Assembly (NCBI GenBank): GCA_034436975.1
Contig: DAOTUE010000011.1
Location: 68,079-132,078, forward strand
Length of the DNA: 64,000 nt
Reading direction: 5' to 3'
From: Chloroflexaceae bacterium
GTDB taxonomy: Bacteria; Chloroflexota; Chloroflexia; Chloroflexales; Chloroflexaceae
Position numbers and translations under genes: made by a program. This document shows, piece after piece, positions 62,807 through 64,000 of this stretch. The stretch's first letter is position 1. Each line of letters opens with the position of its first letter. The notes under the pieces are model-generated. The model was not told the DNA's origin. It searched no databases and saw nothing but the letters and a program-made list of their open reading frames with translations.

Positions 62807-63634
62807 CTAGTTCTCTTCGATAACCGAAGCCGATTCTACATAGAAAATGGACTGATAGGCTCCATCGCGGCCAAACCCGCCCCCCGTCTGAAATGTGCCG
62901 GTGACTTCCACCAGTCCCCAGACATAGCTGTTGCCCGGTCCGAGCGTGAGTTTTTCCGATTTATCGGGAGGAAAGCCTTCCATCCAGATGGGCGAACCAA
63001 GCGACTGAGGGCTACTGCCATCTTGCTCTGTTGCTATTCCCTCGGCCAGCACCCAGATCATCTTATTCCAGAAATAATATCCTCTGGTTGTCACCGTTTG
63101 CCCATTGTAGGCTTCGGGGTTTTGCAGGAGCGTAAAAAACGAAACCTTCCCCTCTCCCAATGGTTCATCGCTAATGGTATGTTCAACCCGCCTGACGCGC
63201 TCAATGGATTGAGCCTGCAAAACACTGAGCCGGTAGGCATAGGAGCCATCTGGTCCATAGGCTTCGCCAGCATCAAACATTCCCGTAACCCGCACAAACC
63301 CGTAGACGGAGTCGCCAGGGCGGTGGAGTTCGGTGGTCACTTCGGGCGGAAAATTTTCTATCCAGATAGGCTCGCCGAGTGGCTGTGCATCGAGGCCACT
63401 GTCGAGGGTACTGACCCCCAGGGCCAGTACCGACATATCCGGGTCGCCTGGTCGCCAGACATACGCTCCGTCAACAGTAATTTCCTGGCCGGTGTACTTC
63501 TGAGCCTCTTCGATAACCTGATGGACATACAATACCCCGCCAGATGCATTGCTGCATGCCACCAGGAAAATCAGGCTGGTGAGCAGCACACTGGTGAGCG
63601 ACATGGCTCGCCACGGAGTATGAACCATTGTCAT
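62807..63634 (-). CDS. Hypothetical lipoprotein with an internal two-fold domain duplication
   Basis: Lipobox-like LVACS. Two ~115-aa repeats share GQ.(I/V)T..G.Y.W...PIW(I/M)E.FPP...VTG.F...G.G.DG.Y. Confidence 0.6.
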   Translation of the reverse strand: MTMVHTPWRAMSLTSVLLTSLIFLVACSNASGGVLYVHQVIEEAQKYTGQEITVDGAYVWRPGDPDMSVLALGVSTLDSGLDAQPLGEPIWIENFPPEVTTELHRPGDSVYGFVRVTGMFDAGEAYGPDGSYAYRLSVLQAQSIERVRRVEHTISDEPLGEGKVSFFTLLQNPEAYNGQTVTTRGYYFWNKMIWVLAEGIATEQDGSSPQSLGSPIWMEGFPPDKSEKLTLGPGNSYVWGLVEVTGTFQTGGGFGRDGAYQSIFYVESASVIEEN

Positions 63635-63769
63635 ACCCTCCTTACAATCTATCTCTTACGTTTTTCTCAACACCGCAAGAATTATAGCAGAAGGGAGAAT
63701 GAATGGCAATACGCCTGCCACTAGTACCGGTTCAGATTCGGGGGTATCGCTCCAGGGAGCGTGGGCATC

Positions 63770-63835
63770 TTGCCGGCATCAATGCAAGCGAGACGCTTGC
63801 GCTCCCTGGATTCACCTTCAAACGTGAACAATTAC
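63770..63835 (+). repeat. Family-A element, 3' half (A8)
   Basis: ATGCAAGCGAGACGCTTGCGCTCCCTGGATT...GTGAACAATTAC matches the right half of copy A4. Confidence 0.65.
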
Positions 63836-63857
63836 AGGGGAACAGGGAAAATTGTGG

Positions 63858-63887
63858 TTGACAAATCTTCTCATCCTGTGGTATGCT
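63858..63887 (+). promoter_or_regulatory. Candidate sigma70-type promoter for the gene starting at the window end
   Basis: TTGACA (63858-63863), 18 nt, TATGCT (63882-63887), with an upstream TG. Confidence 0.45.
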
Positions 63888-63918
63888 GCCTGTGTCAAAG
63901 AAAATGGAGTTGGAACCA

Positions 63919-64000
63919 ATGTCATACCGAAACACCTTCCTGAGCGTAAACCTTGTTATTATTCTTATTCTCGTCCTTATTCTTGTAGGACGAGCATATA
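63919..64000 (+). CDS. Start of a membrane protein gene, truncated by the window end
   Basis: ATG at 63919 with GGAG 9 nt upstream (in-frame ATG also at 63904). MSYRNTFLSVNLVIILILVLILVG... stays open to the end of the window. Confidence 0.3.
   Translation, partial: MSYRNTFLSVNLVIILILVLILVGRAY

Overview
This is a 64-kb high-GC (roughly 60% by eye), densely coding bacterial chromosomal window. I can support about 52 protein genes and 2 tRNAs. I recognise no rRNA, CRISPR array, transposase or integrase. The gene style points to a filamentous Chloroflexota-like genome, by inference only: giant pentapeptide-repeat proteins, an HD-NACHT STAND NTPase, a Ser/Thr kinase-FGE fusion, DUF4058, TGnTATAAT-type extended -10 promoters and very dense structured intergenic repeats.

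Housekeeping genes: a WecA/MraY-type transferase, an M16 peptidase, pgi, an hldC-like adenylyltransferase, ychF, pyk, glpX, an O-antigen-ligase-like protein, lipA, lipB, sucA/sucB, rimI and a radical-SAM protein.

Operons and clusters:
- A TetR-controlled ABC-2/HlyD/2xATPase efflux operon.
- A complete Che-like chemosensory cluster (cheW, cheW2, mcp, cheA-REC, cheY, cheB, cheR-TPR), followed by a PP2C phosphatase and an RsbW/STAS partner-switching pair.

Most interesting loci:
1. A compositionally AT-shifted three-gene cassette wedged between lipB and lipA (30423-32641, minus strand). It encodes a small helical protein, an ABC/SMC-like ATPase and a PD-(D/E)xK-like nuclease. I cannot assign it to a named system.
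2. An 1158-aa protein combining HD, inactive-REase-like, NACHT and pentapeptide-repeat regions (8965-12441). It is translationally coupled to a nucleotidyltransferase gene.

Other observations:
- A membrane-anchored Cas4-like nuclease split into two overlapping ORFs.
- A DUF4058 two-gene module.
- Two unannotated small membrane ORFs.
- Three families of dispersed structured repeats, one with clear terminal inverted repeats (MITE-like).

All functional calls rest on motif recognition by eye. No database search was run.
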